NCBI RefSeq assembly: GCF_006345805.1
Contig: NC_043014.1
Span: 54,746,001-54,810,000, forward strand
Length of the DNA: 64,000 nucleotides
Direction of reading: 5' to 3'
Source of the DNA: Octopus sinensis
Taxonomy: Eukaryota
Both the position numbers and the translations under genes were made by a program. Within the stretch, counting starts at the first letter, position 1; each line of letters begins with the position of its first letter. Shown here one piece after another: positions 1-14,500 of the stretch. The notes beneath the pieces were generated by a model. It was not told the origin of the DNA, searched no databases, and worked only from the letters and a program-made list of their open reading frames with translations.

Positions 1-765
1 CACACATATATATATACATATACACACATATATATATTATATACATATACACACATATATATATATATACATATACACACATATATATATACACATATAT
101 ATATACATATATATACATATACACACATATATATATATATATATATACATACACACATATATATATACACATATATATATACATACACATATATATATAC
201 ACACATATATATACATACATATACACACATATATATATATACATAACACACACACATATATATATATACATATACACACATATATATACGCATACACATT
301 ATTTCATAGATAGATAAATAGATATAGATATATAGTCTATAAATCCTGCTGTATACATTCATACACATCTATAATCTTCACACAAATACAGAAATCAATC
401 GCTACGTACAGAAAAGTGACAAACCGTTTAGAAATTTCACGGGGAGAAATCTATGAACTTTGATTGTTAAATAATGCCGATCAGATGGAACGAACGTTAA
501 TACACTTACACGAACAGCACCACATTGAAAATATGTGTTTTCTGTGGCTTTCTATGTGATTAAGTAATCTTTATTAGTCTTTAATTATACACGCAGAATA
601 TACACGCATATCTATATATGTTATATGGCATTAGAAAACACGTGTGAATTCTTCTTTCTCAGATGAGTGAGCGTATCGATGCCTGTATAAATAAACAGAT
701 GCTTGAAATTATTTCTCTTATTTCTAAACAGTTTCCCCGTGTTGTATTTTGATGTCTCAATATAT

Positions 766-800
<35 letters not shown>

Positions 801-1277
801 TATACATGAGTGTGTGTGTGTGTGTGTATATGTATGTATATGTATATATATATATATATATACACACATACATATATATATACATACATATATATACACA
901 TACATACATATATATATACATACATATACACATACATATATATACACATACATATATATACACATACATATATATATACATACATATATATACACATACA
1001 TATATATACACATACATATATATACACATACATATACATACACATACATACACATACATATACATACACATACATATACATACATATATATATATATACA
1101 CATACATATACACATACATATACATACATATATATATATATACACATATATACACATACATATACATACATATATATATATATACATACGTATACATATA
1201 TATATATATATACATATGTATATATATATATATATGTATATATATGTATATATATTTGTATATATATATATATATTT
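1..1277. repeat. Compound (TA)n/(CA)n microsatellite blocks (1-300, 770-1277)
   Basis: Direct inspection; source of the many spurious Y/I/H/T ORFs. Confidence 0.95.
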
Positions 1278-1589
1278 GTAGGTGGCAAAAAAAAAATCGC
1301 AGCTGTGTGAAATAGATAAGGAAAGAGAGAAAGAAGAGAGATTTCCTTATAATCTGACGAAATAATAAAATGTATAAAATAAAGACAGATGCCGATGTTT
1401 GTTGTAACCAAAAAAGAAATGTAAAAAAAAAATGCCACCCCAAAACAAAAAAGAAGGAAAAAAAAACGCTGATCGTCTCAGCTTCTTCATCCCTAATAAA
1501 GGAGTCAGGCCCAGTTCGAAACCACGTTTGTTATGAAACATGTTAAATATCAGAGGTGGTGGTGGAGGCGGTGCACTATGTAGTACCGT

Positions 1590-2095
1590 CGCACGCACAC
1601 ACGCATACATGTGTGTGTGTAAACATATGTAGAGATATAGAGAGACGCAAGGCAAGACATATGCACGCAGGAACGCACGCACACACACACATACATAGAC
1701 ATGCATTGAAACCGACACACGCGCGCACACATATGCATTGAAACGGGCACACGCACACGCACGTACACTCACACATGCATTGGAACTACACACGCACGCA
1801 CATACATGCATGCATTGAAACGGACGCGCACACGCACGCACACTCACACATGCATTGAAACCGCCACACACGCACACATACATGCATTGAAACCGCCACA
1901 CGCACGCACACATGCATTGAAACGGGCATACGCACGCACGCACACTCACACATGCATTGAAACGGACACACGCAAGCACACTCACACACATGCATTGAAA
2001 CGGACACACGCACGCACGCACACGCACACACAGAAAGACATGCATGGAGACCGACACACACACACGCACGCGCACGCACACACTCACTCACTCAC
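1590..2095. repeat. Minisatellite: about 10 units with core ATGCATTGAAAC separated by (CA/CG) spacers
   Basis: Core or a variant at about 1701, 1733, 1775, 1810, 1850, 1882, 1911, 1952, 1990 and 2040. Confidence 0.9.
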
Positions 2096-2169
2096 TGAGA
2101 ACGATCACATCTCTCTGATGGTTGTGTGACTGAGAGAGAGTGAGGGAGAGAGGAGGGAAGAGAGAGAGA

Positions 2170-2308
2170 TCCGGGGCTGAGCGGGGGCGCATGCGCACTG
2201 GCGTCAAACTGGGACTTAGTCTCGTTACATTGTCCTAGCTCCGCCATTAAACCCGAACAGTTGTTCATTGCAAAAACGTCGGAGAGAGAAGAACAATTTC
2301 CGTGAACG
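2170..2308 (+). promoter_or_regulatory. TOP1 core promoter / 5' UTR with NRF1-like palindrome GCGCATGCGC (2187-2196) and YY1-like CCGCCATT (2241-2248)
   Basis: Local GC/CpG-rich patch carrying motifs typical of housekeeping promoters, just upstream of the exon-1 ATG. TSS position is not determined. Confidence 0.6.
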
Positions 2309-2350
2309 ATGGACGGCTTCAGCTTCGATCAGGCCATCGGTGCCAAATCG
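2309..2350 (+). CDS. TOP1: TOP1 coding exon 1 ([14 protein letters not shown])
   Basis: ATG in strong context (acgATGg), in-frame TGA 6 nt upstream, GTTAGT donor at 2351 (phase 0), directly downstream of promoter-like motifs. Assignment to TOP1 is inferred from phase compatibility. Confidence 0.72.
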
Positions 2351-2901
2351 GTTAGTAAACCCCTCTAATAATCACTAAGACCAGCTCCGATCGCCGATCG
2401 GGGCCCGTTAAATAGCCTCTTATGTCCTGTTGGCGAGCGACAAACAAAGGCTGGAAATTTGACTATGTTAAAAATGGCTGAAAAATTTTCTAAGTCCCAG
2501 AGAAGAGAGAAGAGAGAGACGGGCCTTGGCTTCGTCTCTCTCGATGCAATCCTCTCTAATTTTCTCACCACCAACGAGGCAGAATCGCAAATGATTCCAT
2601 TGTACTTTCTTGGTTCTAGAAATTAGAGAAAAAGCTTAGATCGTTCCCTTTTTTTTTCTTCTTTCATATATGTATGTATGTATGTATATGTGTGTGGTGT
2701 GTATATATGTGTTGTATATGTAGGATAAAGAAAGCAAAATTGCGAGAAAGCAAAAAAATTGTAGTCTCTAAATAGTTTTTTTAATTTCAAACCCGACGAT
2801 TTGTCTCCACTTCCAGCTGGAATTGATTCTGTTGGTGTCTGCGCGTGTTTATATATATATATATACATATATATATACACATGTATATATATATATGTAT
2901 G

Positions 2902-2933
<32 letters not shown>

Positions 2934-2979
2934 TGTATGTATATATATATATGGTATGTATATATATATATATGTATGT

Positions 2980-3013
<34 letters not shown>

Positions 3014-3015
3014 GT

Positions 3016-3049
<34 letters not shown>

Positions 3050-4318
3050 GTATATATATATATATATATATATGTATTTATATATGTATATATATATGTA
3101 TGTATATATGTATGTATATATATATATATATATGTAGATAATAGTATGTATATATATATATATATTATATATATATATATATGTATGTATATATATAATA
3201 TATGTATGTATATATATTATGTATATATATATATGTATGTATATATATATGTATGTATATATTATGTATTATATATATATATATAATGTATATATATAAT
3301 GTATATAATATATGTATATATGTATTTATATATAATGTATTGTATATATATATGTATGTATATATATATATATATGTATGTATATTATATGTATGTATTT
3401 ATATATACTTGTTATATGTTTATATGTGTGTAATCGTGAAATCGGTGTTTTCTACAACATGACTGTTGTAACCTTCATCCATCTATCTGTATGTATGTAT
3501 ATATATATAGATTGATATACACACGTACTTGTAATCGGTGTTTATATATCTTCATCATCATCTCAATGTCTCTCTCTCTCTTATTAATAATGTTCACAAC
3601 GAAATCTGTCTACTTAAGGAATCAGACAGGGGGGGGGACATAAAAGAGAGAGACAGAGACAGAAAGAGAGAGAGTCAACCACTCAACCACACACACACAT
3701 TGTAATAGAGAGGAGACACCACCAAGAACAACAGCAACACTAACTCAGCTACGTGGAAGATATTTTCTCCTTAATTACATTTTTTTTTTAGACAATTGAA
3801 AAAAAAAAAGAAAATCGCACTTGGCTCCCCCCCCCTCCCCATCACACTCAGCCTCTCTTATTCTTCTCTATCTTTCCTCTTCGTATCTCTTCTCCTTATT
3901 TAATAAATTACACAATTCGTCGTTCGGGGCCCCTCAAGGAAAAAAAGCATGAACGTCGAGTCGAGCACTCACTCTATTCTTCTCGCTCTATTTTTCTCTA
4001 TTATTTTTCATTCCTTATCCGTAATAATAAAAAACTATTCTTCTTCCCCTCTGAATTATGATCTCAATGCCTTCTCTTTCTTTCTTTCTTTCGCAGGATT
4101 CTCATTCATCAGTGAAATCGTCGAACGGTAAGCGAACAATTAAGCCATTTAATAAAGTAGATCTTTCTTTAATTGGTTAATATTTTCTGTGTGCCATATC
4201 TTCTTTACGGATGTATGGAACACATACACACACGCATATATATATATATATATATATAGTACATAATACACAGATTATATATATGTATATATATAGTACA
4301 TAATACACAGATTATATA

Positions 4319-4356
<38 letters not shown>

Positions 4357-5501
4357 ATACACAGATTATATATATATATGTATAATCTGTGTATTATGTA
4401 CTACAGTGGAAAGATAGGAGAGAATTATGAATAATCCTGTATTTAACTTTAGGATGTACAATCTTTTTTTTTTCCTTCCTTAAACAACGCATTCCTCATG
4501 TTATTTCCGTGCATAAACCAGTGTATATAATCAATTATACATACATTTATGTAAAGCCTTTTACTTTTCTCTCTTCTTGCTTCTTCACGTGTAAACGTCT
4601 CTTTCTTTCTGTGTGTATATATATATATATATATATTATATGTGTGTGTATATATAATAATGATCTGTTACCGTTCATACATACACACATAAAGATATAT
4701 ATACATGTGTGTGTGTGTATACACGTTAGCCTTCTACCTCTCTGTCTCTCCCTAATCTCATCCTCTCTCTGCACTTCGTTCCTTTCTCCGTGTCTCTTTA
4801 CCTCTCTGCCCCTCCCTCTCGTTGTCTTACTGCCTTTCTAGATGTACGCCGCATTGTTTCACCTCCTTTCTCTTTCATCCTCTCCCCTTTCCCTCTGCCT
4901 TCTCCCCCCTTTTTTCTCCCTCTACTCCTCTTACTCACTTCCCTCTCTTGCTATTCTTGCCTTTCACTTCCTCTTTCTACTTCTCCCTTGTTTCTCGCTT
5001 TCTTTTCTTCTTCTTCTTGTGTCATCGCTTCCTTCAACGCTTTCTTTCTCTTTCACTCTCCTCCACCTTCCTCATTTAACATTACCATCTCTCCTCCCCC
5101 TATCTCTCCTTGCCCTCTCTCCTCTCTCACTACTTCTTCAAGCTCCCTCCCTATTCTGTTTCTCTATCTCTTTCTCCTCATCAGTACATTTCTCTTACTC
5201 CTATCTTTCCCCTCTGTGTGTCTATATTTCATATATATACACACACATATATATTATACACGTGTGTATAATATATATGTATGTTCGGCATCCACGAAGG
5301 ATGTCTGTGTGTTTCAACCCTCGCCCCCTCCCCTCCAATTCTTTCTCTCTGCCGGTGAGTCTCTCCGCGACTCTCTTTAACCGTTCCAGGACCGTTTCCC
5401 GGCAAAGGAGGACCGTTCTTTATTTCAAAAGAACCGAACCAAAGCATTGAGCCTCACCGTTTCTACTCTGTTCCCTGCTTTTACCTATTACACACATGCA
5501 G

Positions 5502-5549
<48 letters not shown>

Positions 5550-6076
5550 GTGCTTATCCATGGCTTATCTATTTTTATGCTTTTGAGATTTCAACCTTAT
5601 TTTTTGTTGTAATTGCTTTATTTTCTTCTTTTTTACAATTAAGTTTTGTTTTGAGTGTTGCTGAAAAGATTCTCAAAAAATGCTTTAAATATTAAATAAA
5701 TGCAAGAATTTGATACATTTATATTTGGCAAGAAAACGATTTATCATATAGAACCTTTTTTTCTGACTTGCTAAAGAAAAAATAAAAGAAAAAAAACGTA
5801 AAGTGCGTGAATGTGGGATCATAATTGATAAAGAAAAAAAAAATTTTTTTTTTAAAAGGTCATTAACGGATTTTTGTTTGTTTTAAAATTTAACCCCCCC
5901 TCTCTCTCTCTCTCTAATTTACCTTGTATTTTTACAAATGTTCATCTGAAATATTTTATTTTTCTACACTCTTTTGTGGAGTTGGGTACCATTTCTGTTG
6001 AGTCTCGGTAAAGTATTTGAAGTTTGTTGGCTTTTGATTTAATCATCTATGTATATATATATACATACACACATAC

Positions 6077-6112
<36 letters not shown>

Positions 6113-6354
6113 TACTATATATATATATATATACATACATACACACATACTATATATATATATATATACACGCATACTATTCTTGTTGCTTTTTTCCTAT
6201 TATATATATACATACATACACATATATATATACATACATACACACATACTATATATATATACATACTATATATATATATACATACATACACACATACTAT
6301 ATATTATATACATACATACTATATATATATATACATACATACATACACACATAC

Positions 6355-6387
<33 letters not shown>

Positions 6388-6394
6388 CATCATC

Positions 6395-6435
<41 letters not shown>

Positions 6436-6554
6436 AATATACATACTATATATATATACACAAACATATATACATACTATGTATATATACATACTATATA
6501 TATATATATATTATATACATACATATATATACATACATGCGTACATACATACTA

Positions 6555-6593
<39 letters not shown>

Positions 6594-7531
6594 CCTACAC
6601 ACATTATACGTACATACATACACACATTTTATATGTGTATATATATGTATGTATGTCTATGTACGCCACACACGTCCGTTCCGTTGTCGGGGCACCTTGC
6701 CGAGATCACCCAATTGGTTGTCTGTGTTTATTTATGGATAGACTTCGTAGATGCGTATTTGGTGAATATATTTGCCAAGTTGATCAAACAAACCTTCAAA
6801 TCGGGGTGACATGGTGCCCCCTTTCCTTAGCTTTCCCTAGTTTCCATCCCCCCCTCTTTCCCTTCCCCCTTCTCTACCCTTTATGGACGTCTTTACCTTT
6901 CCTCCTCTCCCTCTTTGTCAATTCGATGAAGTGTCTCTCTCTCCCCTCGGTGCGCTTACACGAAGTGACGTCGATCGGTGCGGGAGCCGAGTCAGATGTA
7001 CGTAAGACGGAGAAGAAGGAAGTGGGGGGGGGCAGGAGAGGAACGAGGGTTCCTCGGTGGTAAAAGCACTTCACCCACTGACTCTTTTGCTCCGGTTCGA
7101 AATCGGTGCAGATTTAGCGTCGGAGATGGCTGTACGGAAGAAGAAGAAGAAGAAAGTTGATGGTGCCAGGGTGGAGAGAAATTAGAAAGTAGTAGCTGTA
7201 GTAGCAGTAGTCTTTTCTTGAAATAGGCACAAGGCCGGAAATTTTGTTGGTCAGGGAGTTTAGTCGATTACATTGACTTCTGCGGGCGTCTAACACGTGT
7301 GTATGCATGTATATATATATATATGTGTGTGTGTGTGGTGTGTATGTATATATAGATATGTATGTGTATATATATATATATGTATTTACAGCAAGGAGCC
7401 AGAGAGCCACTTGCTAGAGAGGTCATAAGCTCTATGTATATTATGTGTGTGTATATATACACATATACACACACATACATATATATATATATACATGTAT
7501 GTATATTATGTGTGTGTATATATACACATAT

Positions 7532-7562
<31 letters not shown>

Positions 7563-7610
7563 CATATATATACATGTATGTATATTATGTGTGCGTATAT
7601 ATACACATAT

Positions 7611-7641
<31 letters not shown>

Positions 7642-7857
7642 CATATATATACATACATATAGTATATATATACATATATATATATACATATATATACATA
7701 TATATACACATATATACATATATACATATATATTATACATATATATATATATACATATATATATATACATATATATACATATATATATACATATATACAT
7801 CATCATCATCATCATTTAACGTCCGCTTTCCATGCTAGCATGGGTTTATATATATAT

Positions 7858-7900
<43 letters not shown>

Positions 7901-8049
7901 TATATATATTTATAATTATATATATATACATACATATATATATACTTTATATATATACATACATATATATATATATACATATTATTATACATAATAATAA
8001 TATATATATATATATACATACATATATATATATATACATATATATATAC

Positions 8050-8080
<31 letters not shown>

Positions 8081-10531
8081 CACACACACACATACATACA
8101 TTTATATATATACATATATATATACACACACACATACATACATTTATATATATACAACACACACACACACACACATATATATAATGAGACTTTACACGAC
8201 TGGACTAGTTTTCTGTTATCCGCTTCAGAATTCGCCAGAGTTGAAATATCCAAACGAATTCCGCCTGAAGGCCACAAGACTAGTCTGGTCTTGTAATAGT
8301 CATCATTGTCTTAGATAAATGCATCCACTCGATGTATTAATTAGGTATGGTTTGGTGGGTGTCGTATCGGGAATACATGAAATTTGTGTGTGTGTGTCAG
8401 CCTTTCTCCTAATATGTTTAAGGCAGAAAATTTGGCAGAAGGGAACAGTTTTTTTTACATCTGTCCCAAAAGGATGAAAGTCGAAGTCGGCGAAATTTGA
8501 GGAAAATTTATATCAAGTGGATATAGTTTTAGTTCGTTGCTTCCTAGTTAGTGCCTTGGTTCGAATCCGTTGTGGGCATTTCGTTGGTTATTTTAAGCAG
8601 TGTATTATTTAAATCTGCGCGCCTCGGTCTATCTGGCTGTCGAGGTACCAACCAGGCTCCGGTTGGCTGGCGCAGCATCCAAGACTGTGTTTAAATTCAT
8701 TGTCTCATTAACGGCAGCACGTCCCTAACCCGAGCCTCAGCTCCCTAAAGATCCGGGCCCCCTGGAATACAGAAACCTATAAGAAGGCCTCTACATGGTC
8801 TTTCAGTGTGCACGAAACAGCAATCAAATTCTAACTCACGCTCCACTATCTTGGTTCAGAAGGAATACATTCGATAATGTAATTGTAAATTCCTCGTAAA
8901 AAAAATAATAATAATAAACGGGATGGTCTCAAGAGGATTGTCTTTAATAACTGTTCGATCACATCTGACTTGAAGCTAAACAGTATTTATGTTCATTATA
9001 GAATCCACGTATTTCGCTATTTTCCATAATTAATCACACTGATTAAGAGCAGTTTATGTTTTTAATCTTTTATGGTTATTTAAACCCCAGCCGACCACGT
9101 TTCATGCTGTAAGACTCATAATTATTAATATCTAAATTATTAACACGTTGGAGGAGAGTAAAGAGCCAAGTGGATCCGGAAAAGGATTTTTTTAATCTTT
9201 GAACATTAAGACAAAATAATGGCAAGCATTTTTATCCTACGCCCCTACCAATTCCTCTACTGGCGATCTCTCTCGTACGCTCGAAAATGATGGCGATTTT
9301 TCTAACATCGACATATAAGGTGTCACGTTTCTTTAAGGGATGGAGGTATGGATCGGATTCTGGTGGTCGTGGTCGATGGAAGACAACATTGTACTTGCAC
9401 GATGTGGGTTTTGAACCTAGAACGTCCAATAAAGGAAACGTATTACTTAATCTATCGACTCAGTGTCTTCTGAACGGTAAAGCTGACGACATCGTTTGAC
9501 GGATGTGAACTCCTGAAATGGAACGGGTCCCTTATGTAAAGATGGTGACGACCTGTATTTAATGGGGGCTCAATTTATCTGCAACCAACTGGTTCTATAC
9601 TTCTACAATACACAAAATATCTTCAACAATTCTTTCGATACAATTCCTAATAATATTCACTTATAGGCGCAGGAGTGGCTGTGTGGTAAGTAGCTTGCTA
9701 ACCAACCACATGGTTCCGGGTTCAGTCCCACTGCGTGGCATCTTGGGCAAGTGTCTTCTGCTATAGCCCCGGGCCGACCAATGCCTTGTGAGTGGATTTG
9801 GTAGACGGAAACTGAAAGAAGCCCGTCGTATATATGTATATATATGTATGTGTGCTTGACAAGCGATGCTGGTGTGTTTACGTCCCCGTCACTTAGCGGT
9901 TCGGCAAAAAGACCGATAGAATAAGTACTGGGCTTACAAAAGAATAAGTCCCGGGGTCGATTTGCTCGACTAAAGGCGGTGCTGCAGCATGGCCGCAGTC
10001 AAATGACTGAAACAAGTAAGAGAGTACTTTTTAAACCTCGAATTGCTATGAGGGTCCACTTGAGTAAAAATAGGAACGAAAGGGGTCCCCTAGGCTAGAA
10101 GATAAGTGGGAATCCCTGGTCTAGACCATTCCGCCCGCTTTAGCTCCGATCATAATTGTAATTCTAATAAAATATCATTTTTCCATCGTGCTTCTAATAA
10201 TGATTCCTGACAACAGAGCATATACGCGGCCCGTCGAATTGCTAAAGATAGCAGTCAAATTTTTCTCTCATCATGCCCTGCGATCGGCTGACATGTATAG
10301 AATAGCTACCAAATCCACCCTCATGTTACACTGAGAAAACGAAGGACATACCGAACAATATAGTCTTAGGGTATAGGCATGGCTGGAATGCCCTTCAATG
10401 CAGGCTTACTCCATCGAGGGTGGGTGGGTGCTAATCAACACATAGGTTCTGAGAAACTGATGTGTGTGTGTGTATTTTCTGTTCTTTTACTTGTTTCAGT
10501 CATTTGACTGCGACCATGCTGGAGCACCACC

Positions 10532-10571
<40 letters not shown>

Positions 10572-11018
10572 TATATATAGTTATAATATATGTATGTATA
10601 TATATATGTTATATATATATATATATATGTATATATATGTAGTATATATATATATATAGTATGTATATATATGTATGTATATATATAGATATATATGTAT
10701 ATATATGTATGTATATATATATATAATATATATGTAGTATATATTGTTATGTATATATATATCTATATATGTATATATATGTATGTATATTATATGTATA
10801 TATATGTATGTATATATATATATATATATGTAATATATGATGTATATATATATATATATATATGTTATATATGTTTATGTATATATATATATATATATGT
10901 ATATATATGTATGTATATATATTATATATATATATGTATATATAGTCTTGTATCTATATATATAGATATGTATATATTGTATGTATATATATATATATAT
11001 ATATGTTATATATGTATG

Positions 11019-11049
<31 letters not shown>

Positions 11050-11431
11050 GTATGTATATATATATATATATATGTGTATATATATGTATGTATATAATAT
11101 ATATATATATGTATATATATGTATGTATATATATATTACCTTATGTATGTATATATATGTATGTATATATGTATATATATATGTATGTATATATATGTGT
11201 GTGTATATATGATTTCTTTACTACCCACAAGGGGCTAAACAGAGAAGGGACAGACAAACGGATTAAGTCGATTATATCGACCCCAGTGCGTAACTGGTAC
11301 TTATTTAATCGGCCCCGAAAGGACGAAAGGCGAAGTCAACCTCGGCGGAATATATATATATATGTGTGTGGTGTGTGTGTGTATATATATATGTATGTGT
11401 GTGTGTATATATATGTGTGTGTGTATATATA

Positions 11432-11481
<50 letters not shown>

Positions 11482-11547
11482 CATACATACATACATACCA
11501 GCATGGAAAGACGGACAGTGTATAATGACGCTGCTGATATCTGTGTC

Positions 11548-11582
<35 letters not shown>

Positions 11583-14500
11583 TCGTGTAAAGACGGTGGT
11601 GGTATTAGTTAAGAAGTCTCGTTTCAACGTCAGTGCTTTTGGCTGGAGATAAAAGTGCACTTCTTAGGCAATGACACTATCGTTGTTTTTTGCCAAGGCG
11701 CCGTACTAGACAAGTACTTGGAGAGGAGTGCCGCCGCCGCCGCTCGCTCGCTTGCTGCAGTCCTTCCTTTCTTGTGACCTGTTGCCCACATCTACCTATT
11801 TCTTTACTAGCCACAAGGGGCTAAACATAGAGAGAGGACAAACTAGTACAGACACACGGATTAAGTCGATTACATCGACCCCCAGTGCGTCACTGGTACT
11901 TAATTTATAGATGTTGCCCACAGCTACCGTTATGAAAACCTTGGACAATAAAAACATACACCGACTGCTTGCCTCGTGGCAGTCCTCACTGAAAGGGACG
12001 GACCCATGATCAGAGTTAGACCTAACTACATCGCTCAGTTCAAGGTATTTCCCTTCTATTTCTAATTGCTTGTTATTATTTAGCCCCTGGTCACTGGTGG
12101 CGGGACAGGCTTATTATGACAGAAGCCATGAGCATCTCTCGGCCCGCTAGTTTTTCAGCCATCGTTATGCCTTCGGTCACAAAACCCCTTTGGGATTATT
12201 TTCGAGGCTGATAGGAATTGTGTTCGGGGGTTGCTGTTTCTTTCCCATTATCTCGATCTATGATAGTCGGACCGTTTGACTAACTCTGTAGTGTTGGCCA
12301 TATGTGTATCATGCCTCTTCTGCAACACCTTGCTATGACGACCACCTCAACATTAGAGTTCTCTCCACGTTTTCCAAAGCTGCTACAATATCCATTCCGA
12401 TCGCTGGTCTCTCCATATCTCTCTCTACCACCATCCACCCCACCACGATTATATGATTCATTCTCTTTCAATCGGTGAAACCACAACGCTTTTGGAGTGC
12501 ATGTGTGTGTGTGTGTGTGTGTGTGTACATGCGTGAAATATAATTAAGGAGATATGTATGTATGTGTGTGTGTATAAAAATATATGTATGCACATAGGAA
12601 TATATATGCATATATAGGTTTCAAATTTTGGTACAAGGCTAGCAAATTCGGGAGAGGGGTAAGTCGATTAGATGCATGTATGTGTATGTATGTATATATG
12701 TATGTATATATATATATATAAATGTATGTATATATGTATGTGTATATATATGTATATATAAATATATTTATGTGTGTGTGTATATATATAAATATGTATA
12801 TGTATGTATATATATGTGTGTGTGTATATATATATATGTGTATGTATATGTATATATATGTGTATGTATATGTGTATATGTGTGTGTGTATGTATATATA
12901 TGTATATATATATATGTGTGTGTGTGTGTATATATTTCTTTGTATGTATATATGTATGTATGTGTATATATATATATGTGTGTGTGTGAATGTATATGTA
13001 TAGAATATATATACATGTATGTATATACATATATATATATATATATACACTCTCGGAGTGGTTGGCGTTAGGAAGGGCATCCAGCTGTAGAAATTCTGCC
13101 AGATCAGATTGGAGCCTGGCTCGCCAGTCCCCAGTTAAACCGTCCAACCCATGCCAACATGGAAAGCGGACGTTAAACGACGACGACGACGATGATGATG
13201 GATGATATAACCATTTTCAAAATCTGGCATTGAAGGGTCACATTTTCGAAGAGATACCTGTGCTTTTTCTGCAGTGACCCTGGCAGTGCACAGTAGCTGA
13301 GTTGCATCTAGTTGCGTAACCTCTTGATCAAATTCTGCACTTCAATGTCTGACAGAGATTCAGAACAAAAACCCAGATCAAGATAACCATGCCGGTATCT
13401 TTATAGAAATGCTGTCGTGGTAATTACAAGTCTGTGCCTCAAAGGAACCTGATGATGGCTTATCGTCTGTACGTGTGTGTTTCTGTATACGTTCACGTAT
13501 ATATATATATGTGTTGGTTGTGTATTGCAATGTATTCCTGTATATGTAATTGTGTATATGCATATACATGTGTGTGTGTGTGTATATACACAAATTTATA
13601 AATATATTTGACATAGTTCAATCTTTTTTGAAAAGTAAAAATTTTGCATTATGTAGCTTGTTATTCTGTTTATGTGAACATTTTTCTGGTTGAAATACAC
13701 CGAAAAATGGCGACACAGCAGTCAAGAAATCGTAAAAAATAGGGATTTTCATAGAAAAAAAAGCACCTTTTTGATGTAAATAATTTTTGGTGTTAACATG
13801 GTCCGATTTGAATTTTTTCTTCTACGGAAGGAAGAGCAAGCCTTCTTCTGTCATACTCTCAATTTTGATCAACTTGCGCCGCGGGGTCTTGGAGGAGATG
13901 GTGTTAGTTGAAGGCTACCAAACTTGCCACACACACACAGACAGACAACCTCAGCTTTATATGTATAGATACATATATCCAGCATGGCCCTTAGTGTGTT
14001 GGCTGAAACACGCAAATATGATTGTACTTGTGTGCATGTTTGTGTGTGAAATAGCTTTTTACCAGTTCCCGTCTGCTAAATCCAGTCCCCTAACAAGAGG
14101 GCTGTGGTAGAGGACAAGTTGTCCAAGAGGGTGACAGAGCTGGAATCGAACCTGATAACATATGGCTGGGGAGCAAACTTGTCTAAACACAAAAAGTGGC
14201 ATGCCTGTGTGGTTATGTATAAAGTATATATATATATATATATATATCATCATCATCATCATCATCATCATCGTTTAACGTCCGCTTTCCATGCTAGCAT
14301 GGGTTGGGATGTGTCTGTACATATACACTTGTGTATCTTTATATCATCATCATCATTTTATGTCCGTTTTCCATGCTGGCATGGGTTGGACGGTCTGACA
14401 GGAGCTGGCGAGGGGGCCCCACCAGGTTCCATTGCCTGTTTTGGCCTAGTTTCTACTGTCGGTTGCCCTTAACACTAACCACGTGTTTTGGTGTGTGTGT

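Noticed and set aside
4790-5450. ORFs of 196 and 202 aa rich in S/L/P/F
   Set aside because: Translation of a CT-rich low-complexity tract; no domain or splice support.
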